Source of the DNA: Schmidtea polychroa
Lineage: Eukaryota
Reading direction: 5' to 3'
DNA length: 60,000 bases
Assembly (NCBI GenBank): GCA_044892525.1
Contig: CM097885.1
Span: 39,124,001-39,184,000, forward strand
Under the pieces are notes generated by a model. The model worked only from the letters and a program-made list of their open reading frames with translations. It was not told the origin of the DNA and did no database searches. Numbering within the stretch: the first letter of the stretch is position 1; every line of letters starts with the position of its first letter. Of this stretch, positions 51,305 to 60,000 are shown in pieces. The position numbers and the translations under genes were made by a program.

Positions 51305-54300
51305 ATGACGAATATCGTAAAAACCGACGAGTATAAAGAGAAGTTCAGAGGAGAACCGTTCAACGGAAATGCAAACAAGTTAGCAACGTTCATAACTAAT
51401 TTTGAAGTTTATATCACTGTATGTGGATGGACACCCGAAGCAATTAGTAAAAGGATGCCGTTGTTTTTGTGCGATAGCGCATTAGAAGTATATTTAGAAG
51501 CTAAAGAGAGAGATACGAAATTAGAAAAGTGGGAAGATATCAAAACATTCCTGAAGAAAACCTTCGGAGCCAGTAAGCCAATCAACCAGGCGTTGGGCGA
51601 ACTAGCAAATAGGAAACAAAGAGCAAACGAATCGATAACATTATATGCCAGTGAATTGCGGAGATTAGCGAAGAAAGCAATGAATGGAAAATTACCCGAA
51701 GAAAATCTGATCGGTTATTTCATAGAGGGATTACGCCGAGAAGAAGTAAGGGCCTCAGTAGGTTGTCAAATGTGCAAAACATTAGAGGAAGCCATAGATT
51801 GGGCTACAAGATGCGAGCTCCACCTTCCAGCTCAAATGAATATTATGCAAGAGGAGGGAAGGATAATGACAGCAATAGCGAAAGCGGATAACGGAGATAA
51901 CAACAATCAAGAACCGAAAATGAATCAATTTATACCAGGAGCGCACCAAATTTTCAAACCACCACAAGGACGATCAAATGGGAATAATGGTAATCGTAAC
52001 AACCCGAATAATGAGAACAATTTTAATAATCGACGAAATATGAACGATAACAAGCAGTGTCGAACATGCGGTAAACCAGGACACTGGGACAGAGATTGCT
52101 ATAGAAATTCAAATTGTAATCGTTGCGGACGGCATGGACATACCGAAAATGTATGCCAATTGAGAGGTTGTTTTAACTGTGGTCAGCCAGGTCACATCTC
52201 CAGAGATTGCCGAGAAAGGGGCCAACAACAACGAGCACCACAGCGAAATAATAATTATATGGCGAATCCGCAACGACAAAGTAACCCTAGCGAAGGAAAA
52301 CAAATGAACGTTATGCAGGAAATCTCGCAGATGAAACAGATGATGCAACAAATGATGAGACCAAGACAAGAACCAGCACCACAACAAACCCAGAACATAC
52401 GTATGATGAGGAGTACCGAAAATCTCAACAATTATGAAGTGCATCAACATGTACAAGAATGGCAAAGACTACAGGCCGAGGAAGAGAGGATAAAACAAGA
52501 ACGCAACCAACAACGACAAGAACAACCATTGCGAATTAATATGATGAAGTTAGTAAAAGACATGAAAAGCCAGTATTGCTACAATTACGGGAAAAACCCA
52601 AGGGTAGTACCCATGACTGAACCAGAAAAGGTAACAGAAACAACAACGGAAATGAAAACAGAGAATTCAACCACGATTTTAAAAGGAAACCAGAGAATTC
52701 AGAAAATATTCTGGAAAAAGATAAAAGATAAAATCGAAAAAGAACATAATAAAGCGAAAGCCGAGACAGAAGATGAAAATAACAAGAGCAAGGAACAAAC
52801 CAGTCAACTAAACCACCAAATGCTACAAGAATTAGAATCAGAAGAAACAACGATATTCGAAAGAAAGAAACTAAAGAGAGTACCAAGGATGAGAAACTTG
52901 CAAATCAATATGATGAAAAGGACAAAAGATGTAGCATCGTCAGACGAAGAAGAAGACTATGTAAGTAGTTTGGGTGGAGAAATACTACAGCTGAATGAAA
53001 TAAGCGAACCTCCAAAAGGGGAAATCAAAGAGGAAGAAGGCGAAAGCGAGATAACCAGCGAAAGTGAAGACGAGGATATCGAAATGAAGTTGAGAAAAGG
53101 GAAGGAGGAAGCGATAAAACAAGTAGCGGAAATACTCCCAGTAGTAGTGAGGAACCAAGAGTTCATTGACGTAATACCATTCAGGCGATTCGTGCAAAAA
53201 GTGATGAAATTGGAAAGAAACGAGAAAGATTTAATACCAAACGAGGAAAAATCAATTATAAAAAAGTATATGGAAAAAATGAAGCAGGCAGATACCACGC
53301 GGTATGTCATAAAAATCGGAACGAGCAGAGGACTTGAAAGAATGTGGATAAAAAATACAGTCACCGACGAACTTTTCGATTGGATACGAGAACATTTGGG
53401 AAGTTCGAGAAAGAAAGAATATCTGTATCAATACCAAGGAGAACAGATCAAACCAGATATGCACTTAGTAGATGCACTAATATGGCCAGGAGAAACGCAA
53501 ATACTGAAGTTGCATAAAGAAAAACAACCAGCCAACCTGTACGATTGGGCTAAAGATGCCAAGGCAGAATATGATTTTAACATCAAATTGAAATTAGAAC
53601 AAATAAAACAATGTACTCTGAGACGAAACCTGGATAAGCTGATCAAACAAATTCAAGCACAAGTGGAAGACAACTGGGATTTACTCATCACCAGACGAGC
53701 CCCAGCCATGTACGAACTAATGAGCCGATTGCGAGATACAGAAATGCTCCGGATGAGTGATTGGAGAACCATAAATTTAATCCACAAATATGGAAGGTTA
53801 AAAGAAACCCAGCCACAGAGGTTGGAAATAACCATATGGTTACCGAACGAAGAAAAACGACGAATAAAAATGAGCAATCAGAGTACAGTAGATGACTTGG
53901 TATCAAAAATAAACCAAGAGATAACGGAAAAGGTACGTAGCGAAAGTAGTGATGGTATGGTGGATGATGTAGTCATGATGTACGATAAAATAATATTACG
54001 AGCGGAGGACGACACCTCGTTAAGCGAAATGGGTATGTGGGACAATCATCAGATAATCAGGATAGTACCAATGGATGAATTTCGAACAAGAGATGTAACC
54101 TATCAAAAAGAAATACGAGACCGGATGAAAACGTTATATCAAAAATCTACGGAAATAATTAAAATCCACCAACAATGGTTAAAAGAAAAGGAACTACAAG
54201 GAAAAATCACGAAACTAAGTACCAGATCCTGCAGACGAACCCCATGGGAAAGAGTGTGGAATGCAGAAACTAAGGAATGGGAAATCCGGAAAGGAATCTT

Positions 54301-57300
54301 CGTAGAAACAGACATTGGTGAGACAGAAAGTGAATCGGAGGAAGAAGAAGAGGAACCTCCAGAATATGAAGAAGAAGTAAGGGAACAGACATCGGATGAC
54401 GAAAGCGAGACAGATGTCACATCAGAAAGCGAAAATGAAGCGAGACATATTCATGCAATGAGGAAAAAGGAACGAGAATATGCTGATATGGACGGCGAGG
54501 AAGCAATAGAAGCAAGAGAACGAGAAGAGAAAGAAAGATATAAACAATTAGGCGATATCTTAGCAATGGGAGCGAAAAATCAAAAACGCCAAGTAGTAGC
54601 GTTGGCTAACATCATCTTAAAAACATCAGAAAACATCCACAATCTGAGAGGAATGGCAAAGGCAATAGAGGAATACCGGCAATATAATGAATGGTATCCA
54701 GAACAGCTAGAACAAATTATTCGAAAATGGAGAAATCAGGAATGGGCACAAGACACTCAGGAGAGGTATCACATCCGAATCAAGTATCCGGACAAGAGCA
54801 TCGAGGAACTAGAGGTGCATCCAACAACAAAGATTAGAGAATTAAAAAAGAAGTTAGCATATGAAACTCCATTCCATCTGCAACTGTTCGGAAAATCACT
54901 AGACGATAATGCAGACGTCGGAATAACACCCATGAGATTGGAAGAGACAAATGTATTAACAATGGCAGAAACGTTGGGGAAACCGTTAAAAAGGAAAAGT
55001 AAAATTACTAAACTAACAAAAGGCAGTTTGAGTACTCCAAGTCCGAACAAAGCACCAAGTAAATCTAATGAAACTGAAGAAGTTGAAGAGATAATCCTGG
55101 AAGATAGTGACGATGAACCAGGAGAAAGATCACCGCTATTAGTGAGATGGCCGACAGGAGCCGAAATGTGGACTAATAACCAGCCATCAACGAGTTATCA
55201 ACAACCAACGAAACTGAACATCAAAGAAATCATCGACAATACTACGGAAACCGAAACGGATGAACAATTCCAGAAGCAAAGAGAACCAACGAAAGTAACA
55301 CCAGAAGGTCAAACCGATAAAATAATAGATGAATGGAATGAGTGGCTAAAAAATAACGATAGCTCATTACCCAGAACGGATAACGAAAGAAATCCGAATT
55401 ACGAAAATACCAGAGAAGCCGGAACGATGATGGAAAAACGGGCAAAAGGAAGACCTAAGAAACAAGGAGAAAAGTCTGAGTTTAAAACCAAAGAACAATT
55501 AAAGCAAGAACAAGGGCAAGTTCGATTAGAGAAATTGGATAAAATAGTATGGGATCTAAAGGAAGCCCAACCAACGATCGAAAGAGGAGAAAAATGGATA
55601 CGAGAATTGTTAAAAGATATGTTAATAATAACAAACCCACAACTTAGACGCTTGTGGCAACGGAAAGTAGCCAGTACGGAAGCTAGACAATTATGGCACA
55701 TCGTTTCGGGGATAATCCCAAAGTTAATCAAAGAGAAAACGAAAACCACCAAAACGGATTGGGATGAAACAAAGAGAGTGATTGAACAGCTCACGACGAA
55801 TGCAAATGATGACGAACATCACCTAGTGGTAATCACGTATTTGATGTATAATTTGATGGGACTAGCTGCGAGGAAAATACCAAATAAACAATTTGCAAAT
55901 CATGTGGAAATGACCGTTTCAATCATAGAGAATACTATTGAACCACATATTATCCGTGCCGGAGGATGGAAAAGACTTATACAAGCGCCACGAAAAAATG
56001 AGCAAGAAAGGTCGATGCAAGTTAGATTGAAGAAGTTGTTGAATGAACTAGAATGGGAACTACCCATGAAAGACCCAGCAAGCCGAAAAGCATCGATAAA
56101 TTCGTTAATGATGACTATGATGATATGGATGTTGTGCACAAGTGGAGCAACAGGTTTTACCATCTACGATTGTGATAATATGATAATGAGAGATAAATAC
56201 TCGTTGAGAGACATAGAAGAATGCAGACAAGCATCACCCAACAAATTAGACATAGTAAGAACAAAAGTTACTTACCATGTATATCAAGAATCAGATTTCA
56301 TCAGAACGCAAGCAAGGGAATGCGTGGTATCAAAAAAGGTACTCGCATATTACTGTGGACAATATTCGTATTCGACTCTTATACTACCTGGTCTGGATAA
56401 AGAAATCGTATCAATACAACGAGAGGACTGTAAAGAGCTATTTAGAACCGGAGCGCTAAAAATGCATAACGGAGTGACGATTCACGGACAAACTGGAATG
56501 ATTAAAACCGAAAGCGTTTACGTATCCGGAAAAGTAAAATCATCAGATGGGTCATGTAACGGAGGTACGTATACGATCCGAGGCGAGGTAATATCGGGAG
56601 TAGTAGTGATCGAGTCTTACACGGTCGAATTAAAAGAATACGAAGCGCAATTTGACGCAAATAATTACCAAATGAAGACCAACCCAGCGTGTAGAGCTAC
56701 AGAAAACGTATGTAGGACAGGAGTATCAACTATAATCTATGAAGCTAATACCCAAATATGCCGACTCCAACTGTTAAAAAGTGCTTTGTTCAATGAAGTA
56801 AAAGGAGAAATATATGAGAACGAGAACGACGAGGATGGAAACGACAGAGTGAGAATGCGAAATGGAAAACCAATGCCACCATCTCCCAGAGAAAAGAGAC
56901 TTTCAACGCAGAAGACACCAACAGCATTAATCACAGACGATCCAGATCTAGGTATGAGATTTATCAAAGAGAAAGAAACCACCAAATGTGACAGTATAGT
57001 ATATAAAACCAATTACGCAGGCATCTATATGTCGAGACAAATAATCGATAGAGCAGTGGGAAAGATAGCAACGGAGGACGTAAAACTATACTTATATGCA
57101 AATAATAAAATGGATTTTCTATTTCATCGCGGACAAACGACCTTGCAAAAAGTATATTACGATCTGATACAAAACGATTGTTCATTGAATAAAGAAATAT
57201 TGAAAACAAAGCTAGCTATTGCGATAACGCACCCAGATAACACGATGCCATCACTCCCATTACCAGATGGACACTTTGGTAGAATGGTAGGAGAAGTGAT

Positions 57301-60000
57301 GTACACATACCAGTGTACCAAGACGTATGCACGAATGCCAGAAAAATCCATACTACCCGAAAAGAGATGTGCAAATGAATTAGAAATCCGTTATAAAGGA
57401 CAAAATCGATTCGTCCAACCAGTCACTAGAATTATGAATCCAGTGGGTTTCTACCCAAATCTCTTTAACTGTTCTAATGCATACGGACCTTTATATGAAA
57501 GGCCCGATGGGAAATGGATGATGTTACCGGGAAAAACCATATCCGAGGAGCCCAAGAAATTTGGATTAATAGAACTCGCCACAGAGCTGGATTTCAAACC
57601 TATAGACGTGTCAAACGGTGGTATGTATTCCCCAGAAGATCTAGAAACAGCACGACTTAACGTACTCTTCCCAGCCAGACGAGAATCCATTTTGTCAAAT
57701 ATGGTTACAATAACGGGGGGAACAAATTATCAATCAGGCCCGAATTACGAGCTGCTACTATCGCCAGACCATTTTCAACAAGCCACATCAAACATGATGA
57801 AAGCCATGTGGGGAAGATTCTTAGTTTTTGGACAAATGATGGCCGGGATATTAGGGATCATACTCATAATTCAGATAGTCAGAGTAATACTAACACAAAT
57901 GTTAGCGTGTTTTGATATATACAAGCGAGAAAAGAAAGTAAATTGGAAAATGATAGTAGGCTTTCTACCATTTTTAGCTAAAACCATGGTATTACATGGT
58001 CACTCAAAAGACATTCATCGGATAAAGCGATTGATTAAAATATTAACAAAGATTAAAGGAACCGACGAGGAAGTAGGCAGACGATTCCGGAAAGTAATGT
58101 ACGATGAAGCAACAAGACGACAATTGAAAAAGAATAAGCCAAAATTCTTGGACCGATTTAGAAGCCAATCATCTAACAGCGATAGTGACGACGATGATAA
58201 CGGGAACGATAAATGTCTATATCCAAACAGAAACCCAAACGAAAAACCAATGGAAACGGCACCATATTGGGAGAAGGAAAAGACAAATACCTGGATCGCC
58301 AATGGAAGCTACATACCACCGGATATCGCGGGACTACAAGCAGCTTTGACCATGACACAAAATATGTATCCGCAATTACCAAGTCAACCCGGTATGCATT
58401 ATATGCCAACACGACGTACCAAAAGTGTAGATCAAGCAGATGACGTAAGAACAATAGCAGCGATGAGTTTACCTGGAGGTCCAGCAGTAACAGTTATGAT
58501 TCAAATCAATGGTAAAGAAACCAATGCTATGATAGACACAGGAGCTAATGTATCAGCGATAGCGATTAATCAAATTCCCAGTAAACACTGGAAAGATATC
58601 GAATCCACAACAATTCACATCATAGCATGTAGTAAAGAAACAGTGGACGTGGTCGGAAGATGGTGGACTACATTGAGATACCAGGACAACGAAATTGAAA
58701 CGTATTTGGCAGTAATACCAAAACTTAGCGTACCATGCATAATCGGAACGGATTTGATGCCAGAATTGTTAAAAGAAGTCGTAATTGACTTAACAACCAT
58801 GTGTTTAAAAGACAAAACCGGTAGAATATGCAAAATGAATGTAGTCATCAGATGTCCAGAAAAAATAATAGTACCAGCAAAATCGCAGATGATTTGTCAG
58901 ATAAAAGTGGATACGGGTATGGAAGGAGAAGTTATCTTTGAACCAAGCAAGTCATTTGAAAAGCGACGAGAATTACCACTCGCAAGAGAAATAATCACAA
59001 TAAACCAAGAAGGAGTGATACCGCTCAACATCACGAATTTCGAAGAGGAAGACAAAATCATTTATGAGAACGAAAAATTAGGAAAATTGACCCCAATGAT
59101 GGACATAGAATTACCGAAAGTGACCAACGAGATGATCAAAGATGATGAATTATGGACAATAGATAGTATGTTGTTGACGAATGATGAAAAGAAAAAATTG
59201 CACCGATTGTTGGTAGAATATAAAGATATATTCGCCATCTCAGATTTAGACTTGGGTACATGTGATGTTACCTTACATGCAATACCACTCATAGACGAAA
59301 CCCCAATTGCATTGAGACCATACAAGTTAGCAGAAATGCAGAAAGAAATAGCCGAAACAGAAGTACAAAAGATGCTAGACGCAAAAGTAATCGAACCAAG
59401 TTGCTCACCCTGGCAATTCCCAGTGGTCATGGTAAAAAAGAAAGATGGCACCCAACGATTCTGTATCGATTATCGGAAGTTAAACGCAGTAACCAAGAGA
59501 GATACCTATCCATTGCCGGACATCAATGAGATGTTATTGATGTTGCAAGGGGCAGCATATTTTACTTCTTTAGATCTAAAAAGTGGATACTGGCAGATTA
59601 AAGTCAAAGATGAGGACAAAGAGAAAACAGCTTTCACGTTGGGACGAGATCTATATCAATTCAGGAAAATGCCATTTGGACTGACCAACGCACCAGCATC
59701 ATTTCAACGGTGTATGAACTTTGTCACCCATGGAATCAAACAATGTATGGTATATATTGATGATTTACTAATCTATTCAGCGACATTTGAACAACATCTG
59801 GAAGATATCCGAAACGTATTTATTAGATTAAGACAGTGGAAACTCAAACTCAAACCATCAAAATGCGATTGGGCAAAGGAAAAAGTCACGTTTTTAGGAC
59901 ACATAGTGTCAGCTAAAGGAAAGGAGCCAGATCCAAGAAACATTGAGAAAATAAAAACATGTCCAGCACCGAAAACTGTCACCCAAGTTCAGGAATTTCT
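51305..60000 (+). CDS. Single polyprotein (>2,890 aa, 3'-incomplete): Gag capsid + CCHC knuckles, three ubiquitin-like domains, Bcl-2-like domain, envelope glycoprotein, aspartic protease, reverse transcriptase
   Basis: Frame open from 50960, first ATG 51305. Gag, glycoprotein, DTG (58535) and YIDD (~59753) all read in the same frame. The ORF track lists no stop-terminated ORF in that frame. Confidence 0.92.
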   Translation, partial: MTNIVKTDEYKEKFRGEPFNGNANKLATFITNFEVYITVCGWTPEAISKRMPLFLCDSALEVYLEAKERDTKLEKWEDIKTFLKKTFGASKPINQALGELANRKQRANESITLYASELRRLAKKAMNGKLPEENLIGYFIEGLRREEVRASVGCQMCKTLEEAIDWATRCELHLPAQMNIMQEEGRIMTAIAKADNGDNNNQEPKMNQFIPGAHQIFKPPQGRSNGNNGNRNNPNNENNFNNRRNMNDNKQCRTCGKPGHWDRDCYRNSNCNRCGRHGHTENVCQLRGCFNCGQPGHISRDCRERGQQQRAPQRNNNYMANPQRQSNPSEGKQMNVMQEISQMKQMMQQMMRPRQEPAPQQTQNIRMMRSTENLNNYEVHQHVQEWQRLQAEEERIKQERNQQRQEQPLRINMMKLVKDMKSQYCYNYGKNPRVVPMTEPEKVTETTTEMKTENSTTILKGNQRIQKIFWKKIKDKIEKEHNKAKAETEDENNKSKEQTSQLNHQMLQELESEETTIFERKKLKRVPRMRNLQINMMKRTKDVASSDEEEDYVSSLGGEILQLNEISEPPKGEIKEEEGESEITSESEDEDIEMKLRKGKEEAIKQVAEILPVVVRNQEFIDVIPFRRFVQKVMKLERNEKDLIPNEEKSIIKKYMEKMKQADTTRYVIKIGTSRGLERMWIKNTVTDELFDWIREHLGSSRKKEYLYQYQGEQIKPDMHLVDALIWPGETQILKLHKEKQPANLYDWAKDAKAEYDFNIKLKLEQIKQCTLRRNLDKLIKQIQAQVEDNWDLLITRRAPAMYELMSRLRDTEMLRMSDWRTINLIHKYGRLKETQPQRLEITIWLPNEEKRRIKMSNQSTVDDLVSKINQEITEKVRSESSDGMVDDVVMMYDKIILRAEDDTSLSEMGMWDNHQIIRIVPMDEFRTRDVTYQKEIRDRMKTLYQKSTEIIKIHQQWLKEKELQGKITKLSTRSCRRTPWERVWNAETKEWEIRKGIFVETDIGETESESEEEEEEPPEYEEEVREQTSDDESETDVTSESENEARHIHAMRKKEREYADMDGEEAIEAREREEKERYKQLGDILAMGAKNQKRQVVALANIILKTSENIHNLRGMAKAIEEYRQYNEWYPEQLEQIIRKWRNQEWAQDTQERYHIRIKYPDKSIEELEVHPTTKIRELKKKLAYETPFHLQLFGKSLDDNADVGITPMRLEETNVLTMAETLGKPLKRKSKITKLTKGSLSTPSPNKAPSKSNETEEVEEIILEDSDDEPGERSPLLVRWPTGAEMWTNNQPSTSYQQPTKLNIKEIIDNTTETETDEQFQKQREPTKVTPEGQTDKIIDEWNEWLKNNDSSLPRTDNERNPNYENTREAGTMMEKRAKGRPKKQGEKSEFKTKEQLKQEQGQVRLEKLDKIVWDLKEAQPTIERGEKWIRELLKDMLIITNPQLRRLWQRKVASTEARQLWHIVSGIIPKLIKEKTKTTKTDWDETKRVIEQLTTNANDDEHHLVVITYLMYNLMGLAARKIPNKQFANHVEMTVSIIENTIEPHIIRAGGWKRLIQAPRKNEQERSMQVRLKKLLNELEWELPMKDPASRKASINSLMMTMMIWMLCTSGATGFTIYDCDNMIMRDKYSLRDIEECRQASPNKLDIVRTKVTYHVYQESDFIRTQARECVVSKKVLAYYCGQYSYSTLILPGLDKEIVSIQREDCKELFRTGALKMHNGVTIHGQTGMIKTESVYVSGKVKSSDGSCNGGTYTIRGEVISGVVVIESYTVELKEYEAQFDANNYQMKTNPACRATENVCRTGVSTIIYEANTQICRLQLLKSALFNEVKGEIYENENDEDGNDRVRMRNGKPMPPSPREKRLSTQKTPTALITDDPDLGMRFIKEKETTKCDSIVYKTNYAGIYMSRQIIDRAVGKIATEDVKLYLYANNKMDFLFHRGQTTLQKVYYDLIQNDCSLNKEILKTKLAIAITHPDNTMPSLPLPDGHFGRMVGEVMYTYQCTKTYARMPEKSILPEKRCANELEIRYKGQNRFVQPVTRIMNPVGFYPNLFNCSNAYGPLYERPDGKWMMLPGKTISEEPKKFGLIELATELDFKPIDVSNGGMYSPEDLETARLNVLFPARRESILSNMVTITGGTNYQSGPNYELLLSPDHFQQATSNMMKAMWGRFLVFGQMMAGILGIILIIQIVRVILTQMLACFDIYKREKKVNWKMIVGFLPFLAKTMVLHGHSKDIHRIKRLIKILTKIKGTDEEVGRRFRKVMYDEATRRQLKKNKPKFLDRFRSQSSNSDSDDDDNGNDKCLYPNRNPNEKPMETAPYWEKEKTNTWIANGSYIPPDIAGLQAALTMTQNMYPQLPSQPGMHYMPTRRTKSVDQADDVRTIAAMSLPGGPAVTVMIQINGKETNAMIDTGANVSAIAINQIPSKHWKDIESTTIHIIACSKETVDVVGRWWTTLRYQDNEIETYLAVIPKLSVPCIIGTDLMPELLKEVVIDLTTMCLKDKTGRICKMNVVIRCPEKIIVPAKSQMICQIKVDTGMEGEVIFEPSKSFEKRRELPLAREIITINQEGVIPLNITNFEEEDKIIYENEKLGKLTPMMDIELPKVTNEMIKDDELWTIDSMLLTNDEKKKLHRLLVEYKDIFAISDLDLGTCDVTLHAIPLIDETPIALRPYKLAEMQKEIAETEVQKMLDAKVIEPSCSPWQFPVVMVKKKDGTQRFCIDYRKLNAVTKRDTYPLPDINEMLLMLQGAAYFTSLDLKSGYWQIKVKDEDKEKTAFTLGRDLYQFRKMPFGLTNAPASFQRCMNFVTHGIKQCMVYIDDLLIYSATFEQHLEDIRNVFIRLRQWKLKLKPSKCDWAKEKVTFLGHIVSAKGKEPDPRNIEKIKTCPAPKTVTQVQEF

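Larger units (their letters stand above)
44021..60000 (+). mobile_element. Giant envelope-bearing Ty3/gypsy LTR retroelement (Burro-like), 5' part
   Basis: LTR, PBS, Gag with zinc knuckles, DTG protease and gypsy-type RT (SPWQFPVV, RFCIDYRKLN, MPFGL, YIDD). Runs past the window end. Confidence 0.92.

Noticed and set aside
51145..59982. Many minus-strand ORFs rich in Ser/Phe/Leu
   Set aside because: Antisense shadows of the A-rich polyprotein frame.

Overview
Very AT-rich eukaryotic (animal) DNA with tiny 31-49 nt GT-AG introns. A flatworm such as a planarian is plausible but not proven. Three host genes are present: CNEP1R1, a multi-exon C2H2 zinc-finger gene and NUS1. Most of the rest is nested mobile DNA. 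(1) A 13.7-kb Polinton/adintovirus-like endogenous virus (1295-15036) has AGTAGT..ACTACT ends and an ATGAAT 6-bp target duplication. It encodes packaging ATPase, integrase, minor and major capsid and adenain protease. It has no recognisable pPolB, but carries a divergent TATA-binding-protein gene, spliceosomal introns in three genes and a recurring TATAAAC motif upstream of several genes. (2) This virus sits in one arm of a large diverged palindromic element with a conserved ~200-bp inner inverted repeat around an AP-1-site cluster. (3) A giant Ty3/gypsy element starts at 44021 with a 4.1-kb ORF-bearing LTR, a tRNA-Pro PBS and an IAP-type RING gene. It then has one uninterrupted >2,890-aa polyprotein ordered Gag - three ubiquitin-like domains - Bcl-2-like - chuvirus-like envelope glycoprotein - protease - RT, running off the window. 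Related solo LTRs and three members of an unknown coiled-coil 'LEGTWFSP' protein family also occur.
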